Counted from the first letter of the stretch, positions 1-10,800 are shown. The stretch is DNA of 64,000 nucleotides from an uncultured virus (IMG/VR IMGVR_UViG_3300037067_004637) (IMGVR_UViG_3300037067_004637), one strand, 5' to 3'. Notes: generated by a model from the letters alone, not told the origin. Program-made: numbers and translations.

Positions 1-304
1 AAGCTACATTTTCATTATAATTTCTAATATTAATATCTGCACCATTTTGAATTAATAATTCAGCTATTTTTTTATCACCGTTAACTGATGTATACATTAA
101 AGCTGTCCACCCATGTTTATCTACAATATTAATATCAACTCCCAAATCTATTGCTTTTTTAACACCTTTTAAAAAATTATTTTCAGTAGATTTAAATAAT
201 AATTCATTTGGTGTTAAATGACCTAAATCTTTTAAAATTTCTTCATCCGATTTAGGTTTCATTTTATCTCTTAAAGATTCGTTATATGATTTAAGATATT
301 TCAT
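1..304 (-). CDS. Ankyrin-repeat protein with MKYLKSYNESLRDKMKPKS leader (partial, runs off window start)
   Basis: Manual translation from ATG at 304: MKYLKSYNESLRDKMKPKSDEEILKDLGHL...GVDINIVDKHGWTALMY...LLIQNGADINIR; paralogue of the 21032-23157 genes. Confidence 0.8.
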   Translation of the reverse strand, partial: MKYLKSYNESLRDKMKPKSDEEILKDLGHLTPNELLFKSTENNFLKGVKKAIDLGVDINIVDKHGWTALMYTSVNGDKKIAELLIQNGADINIRNYNENVA

Positions 305-564
305 TAATTTGAATGTTTGTTGTAATACTTATCCACTGTATAATTCCAAAAATTTCTTACAACTAATACACTTTCAAACATTAAAATCTGCATTTCTTGT
401 AAGTATATTAAAAATTGGTTAGTTATATCATTTCTAAATAATAATTCAGACATAGTTTTTTTAAATAAAGAATTTTCATAATCAAATCTATATTTAGCTA
501 TATCAGTATCATGTCTATGTTTCAAATCATATAATTCTTTTATATGTTTCTTTTCTTCTATCAT
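304..564 (-). CDS. Hypothetical protein, probably virion/baseplate-associated
   Basis: 86 aa ORF directly downstream of the baseplate wedge gene. Confidence 0.45.
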   Translation of the reverse strand: MIEEKKHIKELYDLKHRHDTDIAKYRFDYENSLFKKTMSELLFRNDITNQFLIYLQEMQILMFESVLVVRNFWNYTVDKYYNKHSN

Positions 565-570
565 TTATAA

Positions 571-2421
571 TTATTTTCTTTTTGTTATACCATTAAAAAT
601 AATATTGATTGGCCCTAAACCTTTTTCAGATGGTGTTTCATTATAATATACGCCATCTTTATTTGACCAACCACCTCTAATAATTGGCATTTCATTTTTA
701 TCAACAACTATATCTCCCATCAATGGATCAAGACCAATAGTTAAAGAAGAATCATAATTTTTTATTTCATACATAACTTCACTTTTAATTATAACAGGTT
801 TCTCTAATATTTTTGGAGCTTTACCTTTTGATGCTAAACCTTCTTTATGATATATTTCATTTGATTCTGATATAAAATTTAAATCTATCGAATCAATACT
901 ATTTGAATTTTTTAATGTTCTAATGATATCTGATTTAACAACTCTATCAAATCTTTGATTATTTATAAAATAATTAGAAACTGTTGTTATTATTTCTTGT
1001 CTTACATTATCTTCAATTGTATCATCAAATCTTCTAACATAAATATTCATAACAAATTTAGATATAATTGGTTGAACTATTTCAACATCACTTGTTATAA
1101 TTAATATTCCCATTTTTTTAAGATAATCATGAACTTTCTGTTTTTCATCGTCATCTAAATAAAAAGCATCTAATGGTATATTAAAATAATTTACATCTTT
1201 TGTAAAATATTTACTAATATCTGGAATTAAATATAAAAATATTTTATTATCATTTGTTATATTTAATTCTGATAAATATTCTATTTTATTTAACATATCT
1301 TGTTTTGTTATATCATTTAAAACATTATCATTTACATTTTTTATTAAACTATCTATAATTTTATTTTTATTATATGCATCATAATCATTTAATAAATTAT
1401 ATGCAAAAACTTGTGAAAAAATATTTAATCTTTTTAAATGATATACAAATTGATCTGGTGTTGCTAAAACAAAATTTCTTGATACATAAGGTAATATATT
1501 TTTTGTAAATATTGCTGTTTCTCCATCAGATGAAAACGAAATATCTTTTTCTATTAATACATCAAAATAATCTTCAACAGTTATTATATCACCATTACTT
1601 GATACTATATTATCAACAAATTTAAAATCATTTACATTTCTATTAATAATATCACCTATTGTACCATCTGTAACTAAATATCTAACAATTATTTTAGAAC
1701 CCACATCTGGAATAAAACCATAATTGTTTGTTCCAAAATATACATCTAAACCACCATTAATACCAGTTCTTGTGTAACATTGATATGAATTTGGCAATAA
1801 ATCAAATAAACTATCTTTTAATTCTACTTGAAGTCCATTATATGTAATAAAAACATTAAAATTATCAATTAATATGTTATTTGTAACATTAACACTAAAA
1901 GATTGTGATTCTAAACCATTACCAGTAAATGTTTGTGTTTCAAACTTACCTTGTAACACATTTAAATATATTTCTTTAGTATTTGAAAAATTATAATTAC
2001 TAAATTCTTCATTTGTAATAATAGTGTAAAATAAACCATTTGTTTTATTTTTTAAAGTTGTGTTATTTGTTATTACTATTGTATTAGTTCCAATATCATC
2101 TGTTAAATTAACGCCTTCTTTTAATTTTAATTTTATTACACCACTTGCTGATATAGCTCTTGTTGCATTATGTCCACTAATTCTCGCTATTGATCTAATA
2201 GCTTTTTCATTATAAGTATTGTTAATATCTATTTGCAATAAAGAATTTTTTAAATAAATAATTGTATGTTGAAAATATTCTTTTAAATTATTAACAATCA
2301 TACCATGTGGTGAAGCAGATGTGAAATTAATATCACTTTTATTATAAACACCACTTAACCAACTTTTTATTTGTTTATCTAATTTATCATATTGTAACTC
2401 TATGAATTTAAAAAAAGCCAT
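571..2421 (-). CDS. Baseplate wedge subunit (T4 gp6-like)
   Basis: 616 aa; IARISGHNATRAISASG, vLQG, VYFG..NYG.IP, I.VRYLVTDG..G and GET...KNILPYVSRNFVLATPDQF follow the gp6/baseplate J motif layout. Confidence 0.8.
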   Translation of the reverse strand: MAFFKFIELQYDKLDKQIKSWLSGVYNKSDINFTSASPHGMIVNNLKEYFQHTIIYLKNSLLQIDINNTYNEKAIRSIARISGHNATRAISASGVIKLKLKEGVNLTDDIGTNTIVITNNTTLKNKTNGLFYTIITNEEFSNYNFSNTKEIYLNVLQGKFETQTFTGNGLESQSFSVNVTNNILIDNFNVFITYNGLQVELKDSLFDLLPNSYQCYTRTGINGGLDVYFGTNNYGFIPDVGSKIIVRYLVTDGTIGDIINRNVNDFKFVDNIVSSNGDIITVEDYFDVLIEKDISFSSDGETAIFTKNILPYVSRNFVLATPDQFVYHLKRLNIFSQVFAYNLLNDYDAYNKNKIIDSLIKNVNDNVLNDITKQDMLNKIEYLSELNITNDNKIFLYLIPDISKYFTKDVNYFNIPLDAFYLDDDEKQKVHDYLKKMGILIITSDVEIVQPIISKFVMNIYVRRFDDTIEDNVRQEIITTVSNYFINNQRFDRVVKSDIIRTLKNSNSIDSIDLNFISESNEIYHKEGLASKGKAPKILEKPVIIKSEVMYEIKNYDSSLTIGLDPLMGDIVVDKNEMPIIRGGWSNKDGVYYNETPSEKGLGPINIIFNGITKRK

Positions 2422-2455
2422 TTATTTTTCTTTTTATTTTTATATATTAAATAGT

Positions 2456-3106
2456 TTAAATATTTTCTTTTATAAATATACCAATTTCACGAATTAACAT
2501 ATTTAAATTATCTATTTCAACCTCTTTTTCTTTATTATTAACTTTAAATGTCATTTTATAATTATTTGAATTTTCTTTAACTATAACTAAATATATTTCA
2601 TATTTATCGCTTACATTTATAACAAAATTAAAAAACAAATTTTTACAAGGCATTATTGTTATTTTTGGTTCATATTTAAAACCGAAAACACTTTTATCAG
2701 TTATATTATTATCAGATAACCATTTATTTACTAAAGTAGATGGTGATTTCATAAAATCTGATAATGTTTTAATATTTTCTCCAAATAATTTATTATTAAA
2801 AACTTTTTTAATTTTATTTTCAAATTCTTTTATATCTTCAAAATCTATTCTTTTGTATTCACAGTTTATATCATATAAATAAACAAAATTATTTTTTGTT
2901 AAATATATTTTATCTTTATCAGTAATAAAAATAATTTTAGAATATATTAAATTAATATTATCATAAAAAATATTATGAAAAAATATTATAAGTTTTAAAT
3001 CATCAGAATTTTCTATTTTTTCATATACAGAATCAATAGAAGTTAATTTTGATTCATCAAAAATCTTTTTTATTGATTCATTTATTTCTTCAACTGTTAT
3101 TTTCAT
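2456..3106 (-). CDS. Hypothetical protein in structural operon
   Basis: 216 aa ORF co-oriented between two virion genes. Confidence 0.55.
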   Translation of the reverse strand: MKITVEEINESIKKIFDESKLTSIDSVYEKIENSDDLKLIIFFHNIFYDNINLIYSKIIFITDKDKIYLTKNNFVYLYDINCEYKRIDFEDIKEFENKIKKVFNNKLFGENIKTLSDFMKSPSTLVNKWLSDNNITDKSVFGFKYEPKITIMPCKNLFFNFVINVSDKYEIYLVIVKENSNNYKMTFKVNNKEKEVEIDNLNMLIREIGIFIKENI

Positions 3107-3110
3107 TATC

Positions 3111-5738
3111 TTATATGAATGTTTTTTCTATTAAATATCTGTCAGATATTGAAGATGTATCTATACCTGTTGTATCATCTGGTTTAGTTATCCTTAAAAT
3201 TTTAATTTTCATACCTTTATAAAAACTAATAATAGGTACACCAGCTAAAGTTAAACCTTGTGTATTTAAATCAATAACAATATATGGTTGTTTTGATTCT
3301 TGAATTTTATACAATCCAGTATAATCTACAACTGTTTCACCACTAAAGAAAAATAAATTATTAATATAAACATATTCGTTTAAATTAAACACATTATTTG
3401 ATGTTGTAAATAATGCTGTATATTCATTTGTTGCACCAGTTGAAGTAACAGAATCTACATATTGAGTTATATTTGTATTACAATAATGTGTTCTGTTATA
3501 TGTCATCTCTTGTGTTGTTGAATCATAAAATGATAAATCTATTGGTAAATCAATATCAGTTATTAAATTTGTTTCAACTGCACCACTACCATTATCATAT
3601 TGAATATTAATATTTAATACTTTACTATAAAATGCATTATTTGGTTGAATAATTATATCAAATTCTTGTTTATATTTTAAATCATTATTTAAAACTATTG
3701 ATAATGGATAATCTACACCATTCAAATCATCATTAATAATATTTAATAATTTTTTATTATAATCTGGAACAACTACAACTAAACTATTAGATATTGTACT
3801 ACCAGTATTAGAAATATTAAATGAATAAATTTCTGATGATTTTACATTTTGTAAATCTTTATACTCTAAATCTACAACATTTATTTTTAATGTTGGGTAT
3901 ATACCAGTATAATCAACTTCTATTTCAGTAGTATCAGAATTTACTAATTGATTAGTTTGATACATTTTTAATAATTCTTCCATATTAAGCATTCTACCTT
4001 TTAAATAATCAATATCAGTCTGTGAATATACCAAACTTCTAATATCATTTAAATCATTATTTATTCTAATAAATTCATCACAAATATTAATAAAATTTTC
4101 TTGTAATTTTCCAAGTGTACTTAAAACATTATTATATAAATCAAAACCAAACATATTATGAACCGCAGTTGGATCAAAATCTGGTGTTATCATATCATTA
4201 TCTATATCATAATTTAAATTTAAATCAAAAATATATGAAACACCATCTTGAACACCATTAGTTACATATTTTTTATATGGTGTTATTAATGTATTTTCTA
4301 CATCACTTGAATCATTATCATTTTCTGGATTATTTAAAAATTCTATACCATATAAATTGGTTGTGATATTACCTTGACCATCATCTATTTCATAATACCA
4401 TAATATAGCATTAAATTCAAAATCTGCAGGTGGATTACCATCAATAGGCATGGCATTAAATTCATCAAAATTCTTAGAAACATAATTTGGTAAATTCATC
4501 TTTAAATAATGATTTGTCTTAAAATCTAAATTTAAACCATCAATTTTTGAACCATCAAAATCATCTAATTTTTCAAAATAATCATTTGAACTTAAACCAA
4601 CATTGTTTGTTAATTTAACACCATAATAATCTCCATTTAATCTTAATTTATCACCATTTGATGTTACATATGTTTTATCTGATGTATCAAACTGACCATA
4701 ATACGACCCAGGATATTCCGAAGGTGTTGTTCTAATTGGTGAATTTAAATTCTCTGCACCCAATATTTCAGATTGTATATCATAAACATAAAGTGGGAAT
4801 TCTAAAAGTGGTTTATAATTAGTATCTTCATTTATTTCCCATAATATTGTGGGTGTTTTACCAGCTTGATGTGGGATAAATGCTGTTATCTCTGAAAAAT
4901 TACTTTTAGGTGTTTGAACTTTAGACATAGCATTTATCTCACCAATATATTGAATCTTTTTAGTATAATTTAAATAACAAACTAAGTTTGATGGTGGTGT
5001 ATAATTAGTTGTAGAAGAAACATCAATTACTAATGTTGTACCACCAGTTGATATTAATATTGAATCAATTGTGTATAAGTTAGTAACACCAGTTGAAATT
5101 TGACCACCAGTATCACCAGATAAAATTATTTTATCACCTGTTCTAAATTTACAAAATTCATTTATAGTTAATTTTGTTTGTGTATTATCAATATCATCTG
5201 ATCCAAAACTTTGTATCGTATAATTAACTACTTCTCTTTCTTTCCATAAATATTTTCTAAAATAATCAGAATGTGCAACCGTATCTTCATAAGGATTATT
5301 AAAATCTGATAAATTTTTATCCCAATCCACTTTGTGTACGGCTGGTTCAAAATCTAAAACATTAAGTTTTCTAAGCCATTTCCAAAATATTTTTTCTATT
5401 GTTGTTTTTGTTTCTCCAACATTATAAAAATCAGTATTAGAATTTATTTTTGCTTGTCTTATATTAACATCATGATTTGCAACATAATTTCTTAATGATT
5501 CTATTAATTGTTCAGAATATTTTGTTGGATTATTTGGATCAACTGAATAAAAAGATTCCCTAAAATCTAATACATTATTCACTAAATCTTGTTTTGGTAA
5601 ATTTAATAGTACAAATTTTGTAAAATTCATTTTATAATCATCATTCTGAAATGCTAAAGTTATATCTTCCGATGCACTTGGAAATGCATAAAAACTTGTA
5701 CCATTTGATTTCATTCTTTTGTATAATGGAGTAGCCAT
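3111..5738 (-). CDS. Large virion structural protein (tail/baseplate-associated)
   Basis: 875 aa, MATPL start, D/N/T/G-rich composition typical of virion proteins; upstream of baseplate wedge gene. Confidence 0.6.
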   Translation of the reverse strand: MATPLYKRMKSNGTSFYAFPSASEDITLAFQNDDYKMNFTKFVLLNLPKQDLVNNVLDFRESFYSVDPNNPTKYSEQLIESLRNYVANHDVNIRQAKINSNTDFYNVGETKTTIEKIFWKWLRKLNVLDFEPAVHKVDWDKNLSDFNNPYEDTVAHSDYFRKYLWKEREVVNYTIQSFGSDDIDNTQTKLTINEFCKFRTGDKIILSGDTGGQISTGVTNLYTIDSILISTGGTTLVIDVSSTTNYTPPSNLVCYLNYTKKIQYIGEINAMSKVQTPKSNFSEITAFIPHQAGKTPTILWEINEDTNYKPLLEFPLYVYDIQSEILGAENLNSPIRTTPSEYPGSYYGQFDTSDKTYVTSNGDKLRLNGDYYGVKLTNNVGLSSNDYFEKLDDFDGSKIDGLNLDFKTNHYLKMNLPNYVSKNFDEFNAMPIDGNPPADFEFNAILWYYEIDDGQGNITTNLYGIEFLNNPENDNDSSDVENTLITPYKKYVTNGVQDGVSYIFDLNLNYDIDNDMITPDFDPTAVHNMFGFDLYNNVLSTLGKLQENFINICDEFIRINNDLNDIRSLVYSQTDIDYLKGRMLNMEELLKMYQTNQLVNSDTTEIEVDYTGIYPTLKINVVDLEYKDLQNVKSSEIYSFNISNTGSTISNSLVVVVPDYNKKLLNIINDDLNGVDYPLSIVLNNDLKYKQEFDIIIQPNNAFYSKVLNINIQYDNGSGAVETNLITDIDLPIDLSFYDSTTQEMTYNRTHYCNTNITQYVDSVTSTGATNEYTALFTTSNNVFNLNEYVYINNLFFFSGETVVDYTGLYKIQESKQPYIVIDLNTQGLTLAGVPIISFYKGMKIKILRITKPDDTTGIDTSSISDRYLIEKTFI

Positions 5739-5803
5739 ATATTATTGTAATTTAATTTTTATTTATATATAAATTTTTATAAGTCATAGGATGTAAAAAT
5801 AAA

Positions 5804-5834
5804 AAAGGTGTCTAAAAATTATTTAGACACCTTT
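5804..5834. terminator. Intrinsic terminator hairpin
   Basis: aaaggtgtctaaa-aatta-tttagacaccttt inverted repeat with A-tract on the left (U-tract on minus strand). Confidence 0.7.
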
Positions 5835-5870
5835 ATATATTAAAATATAAATATTTAATTTTAATGTTAA

Positions 5871-6125
5871 CTATCCTTTTCTTAAAAAATTTGCCATATC
5901 TAAAACTGTTTCTCCATTAAATATCTTAGAATAAATTACTAATGTATTATTAGATACATCTATTTCTAAAAAACAAATAACATTTCTTTCATCTTTTAAA
6001 AAATATTCTTTTAAATCTATTAATATATTTTTAATATTTTGATATTCTAAAATAAATTCAAAACCATTTATAGTAAAAAAATATATTAAAAATTCATAAT
6101 TATCTTTAGTTAAAAGTATATTCAT
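5871..6125 (-). CDS. Hypothetical protein
   Basis: 84 aa ORF. Confidence 0.45.
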   Translation of the reverse strand: MNILLTKDNYEFLIYFFTINGFEFILEYQNIKNILIDLKEYFLKDERNVICFLEIDVSNNTLVIYSKIFNGETVLDMANFLRKG

Positions 6126-6131
6126 ATCTTA

Positions 6132-6629
6132 TTAATCATTTAAAAAAATATCTTCAATTTTTTTCTGCCTTACTGATTTATTATTTATTGTTTGTAATAT
6201 AGCTTTAATTATAATTATTGTTTCATTTTTTAAATCCTTTTTTTTATTTAAAATTTTATTATAAATTTCAATATTTTTATTTTTCATTTTAATAAATATT
6301 TTTAATGATTTTTTACTTTGTAAATATTTATTAATATAAACATCAGGTATATCTACTTTTTTTGCACATTTCATAATATATCTTGACAAAAAACCTTTTT
6401 TGCTTGTATTTGGTAAATTAAAAAACATTTTCTCATCTTTTTCATCCAACGGCATTAAATATAATAATTCTGCTAATAAATTTGTATAAAAATTAGAATA
6501 AAATTTAATTATTCTTTCATTTTGCCTAATTGATTTCAATTTGCTAATTTCATCATCATTATTTGAATAATGAGCAAAAAAATTATTTATATTATTTTTC
6601 ATAGTATTAAATATCAAATATTTTTTCAA
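6132..6629 (-). CDS. Hypothetical protein, paralogue of 6607-7128, C-terminal RxxK tag
   Basis: Shares K.G[FY]L.RY[IL].K.AK.V.[IV]P.V.I with its neighbour; ends VRQKKIEDIFLND. Confidence 0.6.
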   Translation of the reverse strand: MKKYLIFNTMKNNINNFFAHYSNNDDEISKLKSIRQNERIIKFYSNFYTNLLAELLYLMPLDEKDEKMFFNLPNTSKKGFLSRYIMKCAKKVDIPDVYINKYLQSKKSLKIFIKMKNKNIEIYNKILNKKKDLKNETIIIIKAILQTINNKSVRQKKIEDIFLND

Positions 6630-7128
6630 TTTTCATCTTTCTTTCATTTGTTTCACTAATTATAGAAAAAATTACACCAAAAACTAATTTCATGTTATGA
6701 ATAAAAATAATTTTATTTTCATAATTTGATGAATAATTTTCATACATTTTTTTAATATTTGAAAAATTATCATTCTGAAAATCTTTTATTATATCATCAT
6801 TAAAATTTTGATATGTTACGAATTTCTTTCTTCTTTTTGTATTACTATCAAAGCAATTTCTAATTAATACTTCTGGAACTTTAACAATTTTTGCAATTTT
6901 CAACAAATATCTAAATAAATATCCAGCTTTATCTTTATCTTTTAATTTTTTAAAAAGTTTATCTTGTTTATCACTAAAAGGAAAATAACAAAACAAAAGA
7001 GCATAATTATTTTTTATACTAAAATCTAACTTTAAATTTAATGAATCAATATAATCTAAATTATGATTATAAATAGCATAAGAAAATTCATTATTATCAA
7101 ATTTTAAAAGATTTTTTTCGTTTTTCAT
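6607..7128 (-). CDS. Hypothetical protein, paralogue of 6132-6629, C-terminal RxxK tag
   Basis: Shared central motif; ends ERKMKIEKIFDI. Confidence 0.6.
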   Translation of the reverse strand: MKNEKNLLKFDNNEFSYAIYNHNLDYIDSLNLKLDFSIKNNYALLFCYFPFSDKQDKLFKKLKDKDKAGYLFRYLLKIAKIVKVPEVLIRNCFDSNTKRRKKFVTYQNFNDDIIKDFQNDNFSNIKKMYENYSSNYENKIIFIHNMKLVFGVIFSIISETNERKMKIEKIFDI

Positions 7129-7146
7129 TTTTTCAATTTTTTAAAA

Positions 7147-7253
7147 GAATTTGAGATGGTTAGGTATTAAACCCTTGTGTATGAAATCCTTTTTATGTGA
7201 CTGATCAGCACCATTTTTATTTATTATATTTAAGATTCAACCATCTCAAATTC
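7147..7253 (-). repeat. 15-bp perfect inverted repeat enclosing 77 nt (leader RNA or small ncRNA)
   Basis: gaatttgagatggtt (7147-7161) / aaccatctcaaattc (7239-7253); TATTTTTG box just upstream on minus strand (7275-7282). Confidence 0.6.
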
Positions 7254-7297
7254 AAAATTTGTAATTTAATTATACAAAAATAATAATAATATTTTTA

Positions 7298-7657
7298 TTA
7301 TCCAATTTTTTTGTTTCTTTTTTTATTACTATTAACTTTTTTACTATTTTCTGTTGGTGGTGTTGGTAATTCGTTTTTTAAATTATCATTTCTTCTAAAT
7401 AATATAGATTCATCAGAAGCTATAAAAGCTATAAATTCAACACCTCTACCATCTTTTGGTTGATTTTGTAAAGCATCTACTAAAGAATCATTTTTAAAAA
7501 CAATTGGGAAACAATCACCAGCAAACTCAGCAATACCATGTGTACGAGAATATTCATCTTCTAAATATTTACCCATACATTTTCCACATTTGCAGGTTTT
7601 TAATTCATAAGTTAAATTAAAAACAGTAGAACATTCTGGACATAATAGAAGTTTCAC
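7298..7657 (-). CDS. Zinc-ribbon hypothetical protein
   Basis: CPEC...CKCGKC. Confidence 0.6.
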   Translation of the reverse strand: MKLLLCPECSTVFNLTYELKTCKCGKCMGKYLEDEYSRTHGIAEFAGDCFPIVFKNDSLVDALQNQPKDGRGVEFIAFIASDESILFRRNDNLKNELPTPPTENSKKVNSNKKRNKKIG

Positions 7658-7732
7658 TTTTTGTAGTATTTTTTATTATATATTAATTTTATAAATAATA
7701 AAATATTTAAAATGATGATTTTATAAAATAAA

Positions 7733-7754
7733 AAGGAGATTATTTAATCTCCTT
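7733..7754. terminator. Intrinsic terminator hairpin
   Basis: aaggagatt-attt-aatctcctt downstream of 7780-8466. Confidence 0.55.
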
Positions 7755-7779
7755 CCTCTATCAATATTTATTTATGTGA

Positions 7780-8466
7780 TTAATAACCCCAACTTGAATA
7801 AACACCTTTTTCACCTTGTGTATATAAATTAATTCCACCATGTTTACTTGATATATAAGGTTCTTTATTCCATGTACTCACTACTAAAGGTTTATGTTGT
7901 TCTTCTCCAACGAATTTATCTTTTATTGGTCTTACGTTGGCACTAGCATGTCCTTGTGTGTTTGGTACTTGTTCTTGTGCAATAGGAGTAATCCAAACTG
8001 ATTTATCACTCACTTTTGTGACTTGAAAAAAATCAATGTTGGTCTGTTCGTATCCCCAACTATCATATAAAATATCCCCAACTTTAAATGGATTTACCAT
8101 TGTTTTTCTAAATTCTTGTTTTTGTTCTTTTTCTTCTTCTTTTCTTTTTAAAAATGATAATTTATTATTAATAAAATATTTTAATGATTCAATCAACCTT
8201 TCAGGTTTACCATATCTATAATTTTGTTCAACTTTATATTGAGAATATTTTCCTTTTGGTGTTAATTTTAAAATACCCATAGTCATTTTTTCCATATCTA
8301 TTGATATCAAATAATTCATAAATTTAAATTCATATACACCATCTTCAACCATTTTCACAGCTTCTTCTGCATCTTTTACTTCTGGTAAGGTTTCTCTATC
8401 TTTATAAATTGTAAATAGATTTTCATTTAAGGATGAAAATTCGGAAAATTTATTTATTAAGTTCAT
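7780..8466 (-). CDS. Hypothetical phage protein with CTS-like leader
   Basis: Starts MNLINKFSEFSSLNE; C-terminal FKVGDILYDSWGYEQTNIDFFQV domain; TAATATATA upstream. Confidence 0.65.
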   Translation of the reverse strand: MNLINKFSEFSSLNENLFTIYKDRETLPEVKDAEEAVKMVEDGVYEFKFMNYLISIDMEKMTMGILKLTPKGKYSQYKVEQNYRYGKPERLIESLKYFINNKLSFLKRKEEEKEQKQEFRKTMVNPFKVGDILYDSWGYEQTNIDFFQVTKVSDKSVWITPIAQEQVPNTQGHASANVRPIKDKFVGEEQHKPLVVSTWNKEPYISSKHGGINLYTQGEKGVYSSWGY

Positions 8467-8569
8467 TATTATATTTTTTATTTTTTATTATATATTAAAA
8501 ATTTAAATGATTATTTTATATTGAAACTCATATAAAATTATATATACATTAAAATATAATGTATAAATA

Positions 8570-9601
8570 ATGAAAAAATTGACACATGATGAATTTGTAG
8601 AAAAAGCTAATATAGTTCATAATAATAAATATGTATATGTAGATAATTATGTTAAAAGTAAACAATATATTAATATAAAATGTCCTATACATGGTATATT
8701 TAAACAAAAACCTAACGATCATTTATCAGGTTATGGTTGTAAAGAATGTGGGAAAATAAAAACAAAAGAAACTTTTTTAAAAAAATATGGTGTTGAAAAT
8801 CCTATGCAAAATGTTGAAATAAAAGAAAAAACCAAAAAAACAAATTTAGAAAAATATGGTTGTGAAAATCCTTCACAAAATGAACAAGTTAAAGAAAAAA
8901 CGAAAAAGACAAATTTAAAAAAATATGGTGTTGAATATCCTATACAATGTGATGAAATAAAAGAAAAAATGAAAAAAACAATTTTTGAAAAATATGGTGT
9001 AGAATATACATTTCAAAATAAAGAAATAAAAGAAAAATTCAAAAAAACAATTTTTGAAAAATATGGCGTTGAATATCCTATACAATGTGATGAAATAAAA
9101 GAAAAAATGAAAAAAACAATTTTTGAAAAATATGGAGTTAAACATCCATTACAAAATGATGAAGTAAAAGAAAAAATGAAAAAAACAAATTTAAAAAAAT
9201 ATGGTGTTTCATGTGCTATGCAAAATAAAAAAATAAATGATATTATAAGGAAAAAATTAGAAGAAAAATGTATTTGGACAATTAAAGAAAAATTACCAGA
9301 ATTTGAAAAATATAGAATTTATATTAAAAATTTAACTAAAAGAAATAAAAAAGAATTATTTAATAATTGGGATGGATATGATTATTATGATGGTGAATAT
9401 ATTAAAGAAAACTTAAATTTAAAAAGTGGTGATAAAAATTATCCAACAATTGATCATAAAATATCAGTTTTTTATGGTTTTCATAATAATATACCACCAG
9501 AAAATATATCAGACATAAACAATCTTGTTATAACTAAAAAAAGTTTAAATTCTTCAAAAAAGAATAAAGATTTCAATTTATTTATAGAATCATTAAAATA
9601 A
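8570..9601 (+). CDS. Putative homing endonuclease: N-terminal Zn-finger, KKYGVE repeats, C-terminal HNH-like domain
   Basis: CPIHG...H..G.GCKEC; about seven 23-aa K(K/E)T...KYG.E repeats; PTIDHKIS...NL..T...N..K. Confidence 0.7.
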   Translation: MKKLTHDEFVEKANIVHNNKYVYVDNYVKSKQYINIKCPIHGIFKQKPNDHLSGYGCKECGKIKTKETFLKKYGVENPMQNVEIKEKTKKTNLEKYGCENPSQNEQVKEKTKKTNLKKYGVEYPIQCDEIKEKMKKTIFEKYGVEYTFQNKEIKEKFKKTIFEKYGVEYPIQCDEIKEKMKKTIFEKYGVKHPLQNDEVKEKMKKTNLKKYGVSCAMQNKKINDIIRKKLEEKCIWTIKEKLPEFEKYRIYIKNLTKRNKKELFNNWDGYDYYDGEYIKENLNLKSGDKNYPTIDHKISVFYGFHNNIPPENISDINNLVITKKSLNSSKKNKDFNLFIESLK

Positions 9602-9611
9602 AAAATGGAGA

Positions 9612-10253
9612 TTAAAAATCTCCATTTGCATAATGACATACTATATATTGTGGCATTTTTTCTAATTTTTTAAACTGCATACCTTTTGATGTTATATCCA
9701 AAATATACAACCAATCATGACCATATCCGTTTTTCCATCTTGGTTTCTGATTTAATTCTTTATATTTCTCACTATAAAAATTTCTATGTGCAATAGAACT
9801 TGTTCCAATGCTTCCATATCTTGGTTCAACTATACGAGTAAAGAACTTATTAAACTCTTTATTTAACACCATTAAATCATTATAATACACCCAATCTACA
9901 TCATCAGTGAATTGTTCTACTATTGTTTGAATATGTGTTTTTCCTATTACATCATCGGAATCGAGATATAAACAAATATCACCTGTTGCTTTTTGTAAAG
10001 CAATATCTCTGGTTAATGCACCATAAAGTGGTTGTTTTGGTATAGGTAAAAGATGTATATTTGAATCATTAGAAAAATTTTCTAAATATAAACGATTTGT
10101 TATTTCACAACCATCACTAACTATTAATAATTCAGTATCGGTATATGTTTGTTTTTTGAAACTATTTACAGCACGAATGAATTTTTTATCACGATTGGAA
10201 GCTGCACCTGGATAGGGTGCAAGAAAAGATGCCATTATTACAGATACTTTCAT
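9612..10253 (-). CDS. Glycosyltransferase family 2
   Basis: MKVSVIM, Q.Y...ELLIVSDG, R..AL..ATGD...YLDSDD (DxD), GHDW. Confidence 0.85.
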   Translation of the reverse strand: MKVSVIMASFLAPYPGAASNRDKKFIRAVNSFKKQTYTDTELLIVSDGCEITNRLYLENFSNDSNIHLLPIPKQPLYGALTRDIALQKATGDICLYLDSDDVIGKTHIQTIVEQFTDDVDWVYYNDLMVLNKEFNKFFTRIVEPRYGSIGTSSIAHRNFYSEKYKELNQKPRWKNGYGHDWLYILDITSKGMQFKKLEKMPQYIVCHYANGDF

Positions 10254-10434
10254 AAAAATATTAATTATTTTTTATTTATTTTTATATATTTAAAAAAAGC
10301 GGTTTTGTTTGAAAAATTTTTAAGGTAATTAAAATCACCAAATAAAGTAATTTAAATCATCATATAAATTAAACACTATATTATAATAATTAGTATTTTT
10401 GATTATATTTTTAATATATAAAAGAAAATATATT

Positions 10435-10800
10435 ATGGAAAAATTCGAAATATATAGAATATTGCATGTGGAAGATGATCAAAATTTTATTGATTTGGTT
10501 AGAATCATGCTTAATAATAAGTTATATGAATTGGATGTAGCTCATGATGGTTCTGAAGCTGTGACAAAAGCTTTCAGGAATAAATATGATTTAATCATAA
10601 TGGATATTATGATGCCTGTCATGGATGGAAAAATAGCATCAAAAACAATAAAAAGTATGTCACCTAATGTACCTATACTCGCTTTAACAGCTTATGATAA
10701 TGTTGATTTAAATGAAGATAAACAATTTGATTATTTATTAAGGAAACCAATAACCAAAAAAATATTAAGAGATAAAATATCTGAAATTTTAGATAAATAA
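10435..10800 (+). CDS. Stand-alone response regulator receiver (CheY-like)
   Basis: ILHVEDD, DLIIMDIMMPVMDG (phospho-Asp), ILALTA, LRKP; ATG at 10435 preferred over the upstream TTG. Confidence 0.9.
   Translation: MEKFEIYRILHVEDDQNFIDLVRIMLNNKLYELDVAHDGSEAVTKAFRNKYDLIIMDIMMPVMDGKIASKTIKSMSPNVPILALTAYDNVDLNEDKQFDYLLRKPITKKILRDKISEILDK

Noticed and set aside
8780..9210. Regular ~69-bp repeats as a CRISPR array
   Set aside because: They are in-frame coding repeats (KKYGVE units) with no unique spacers and no cas genes
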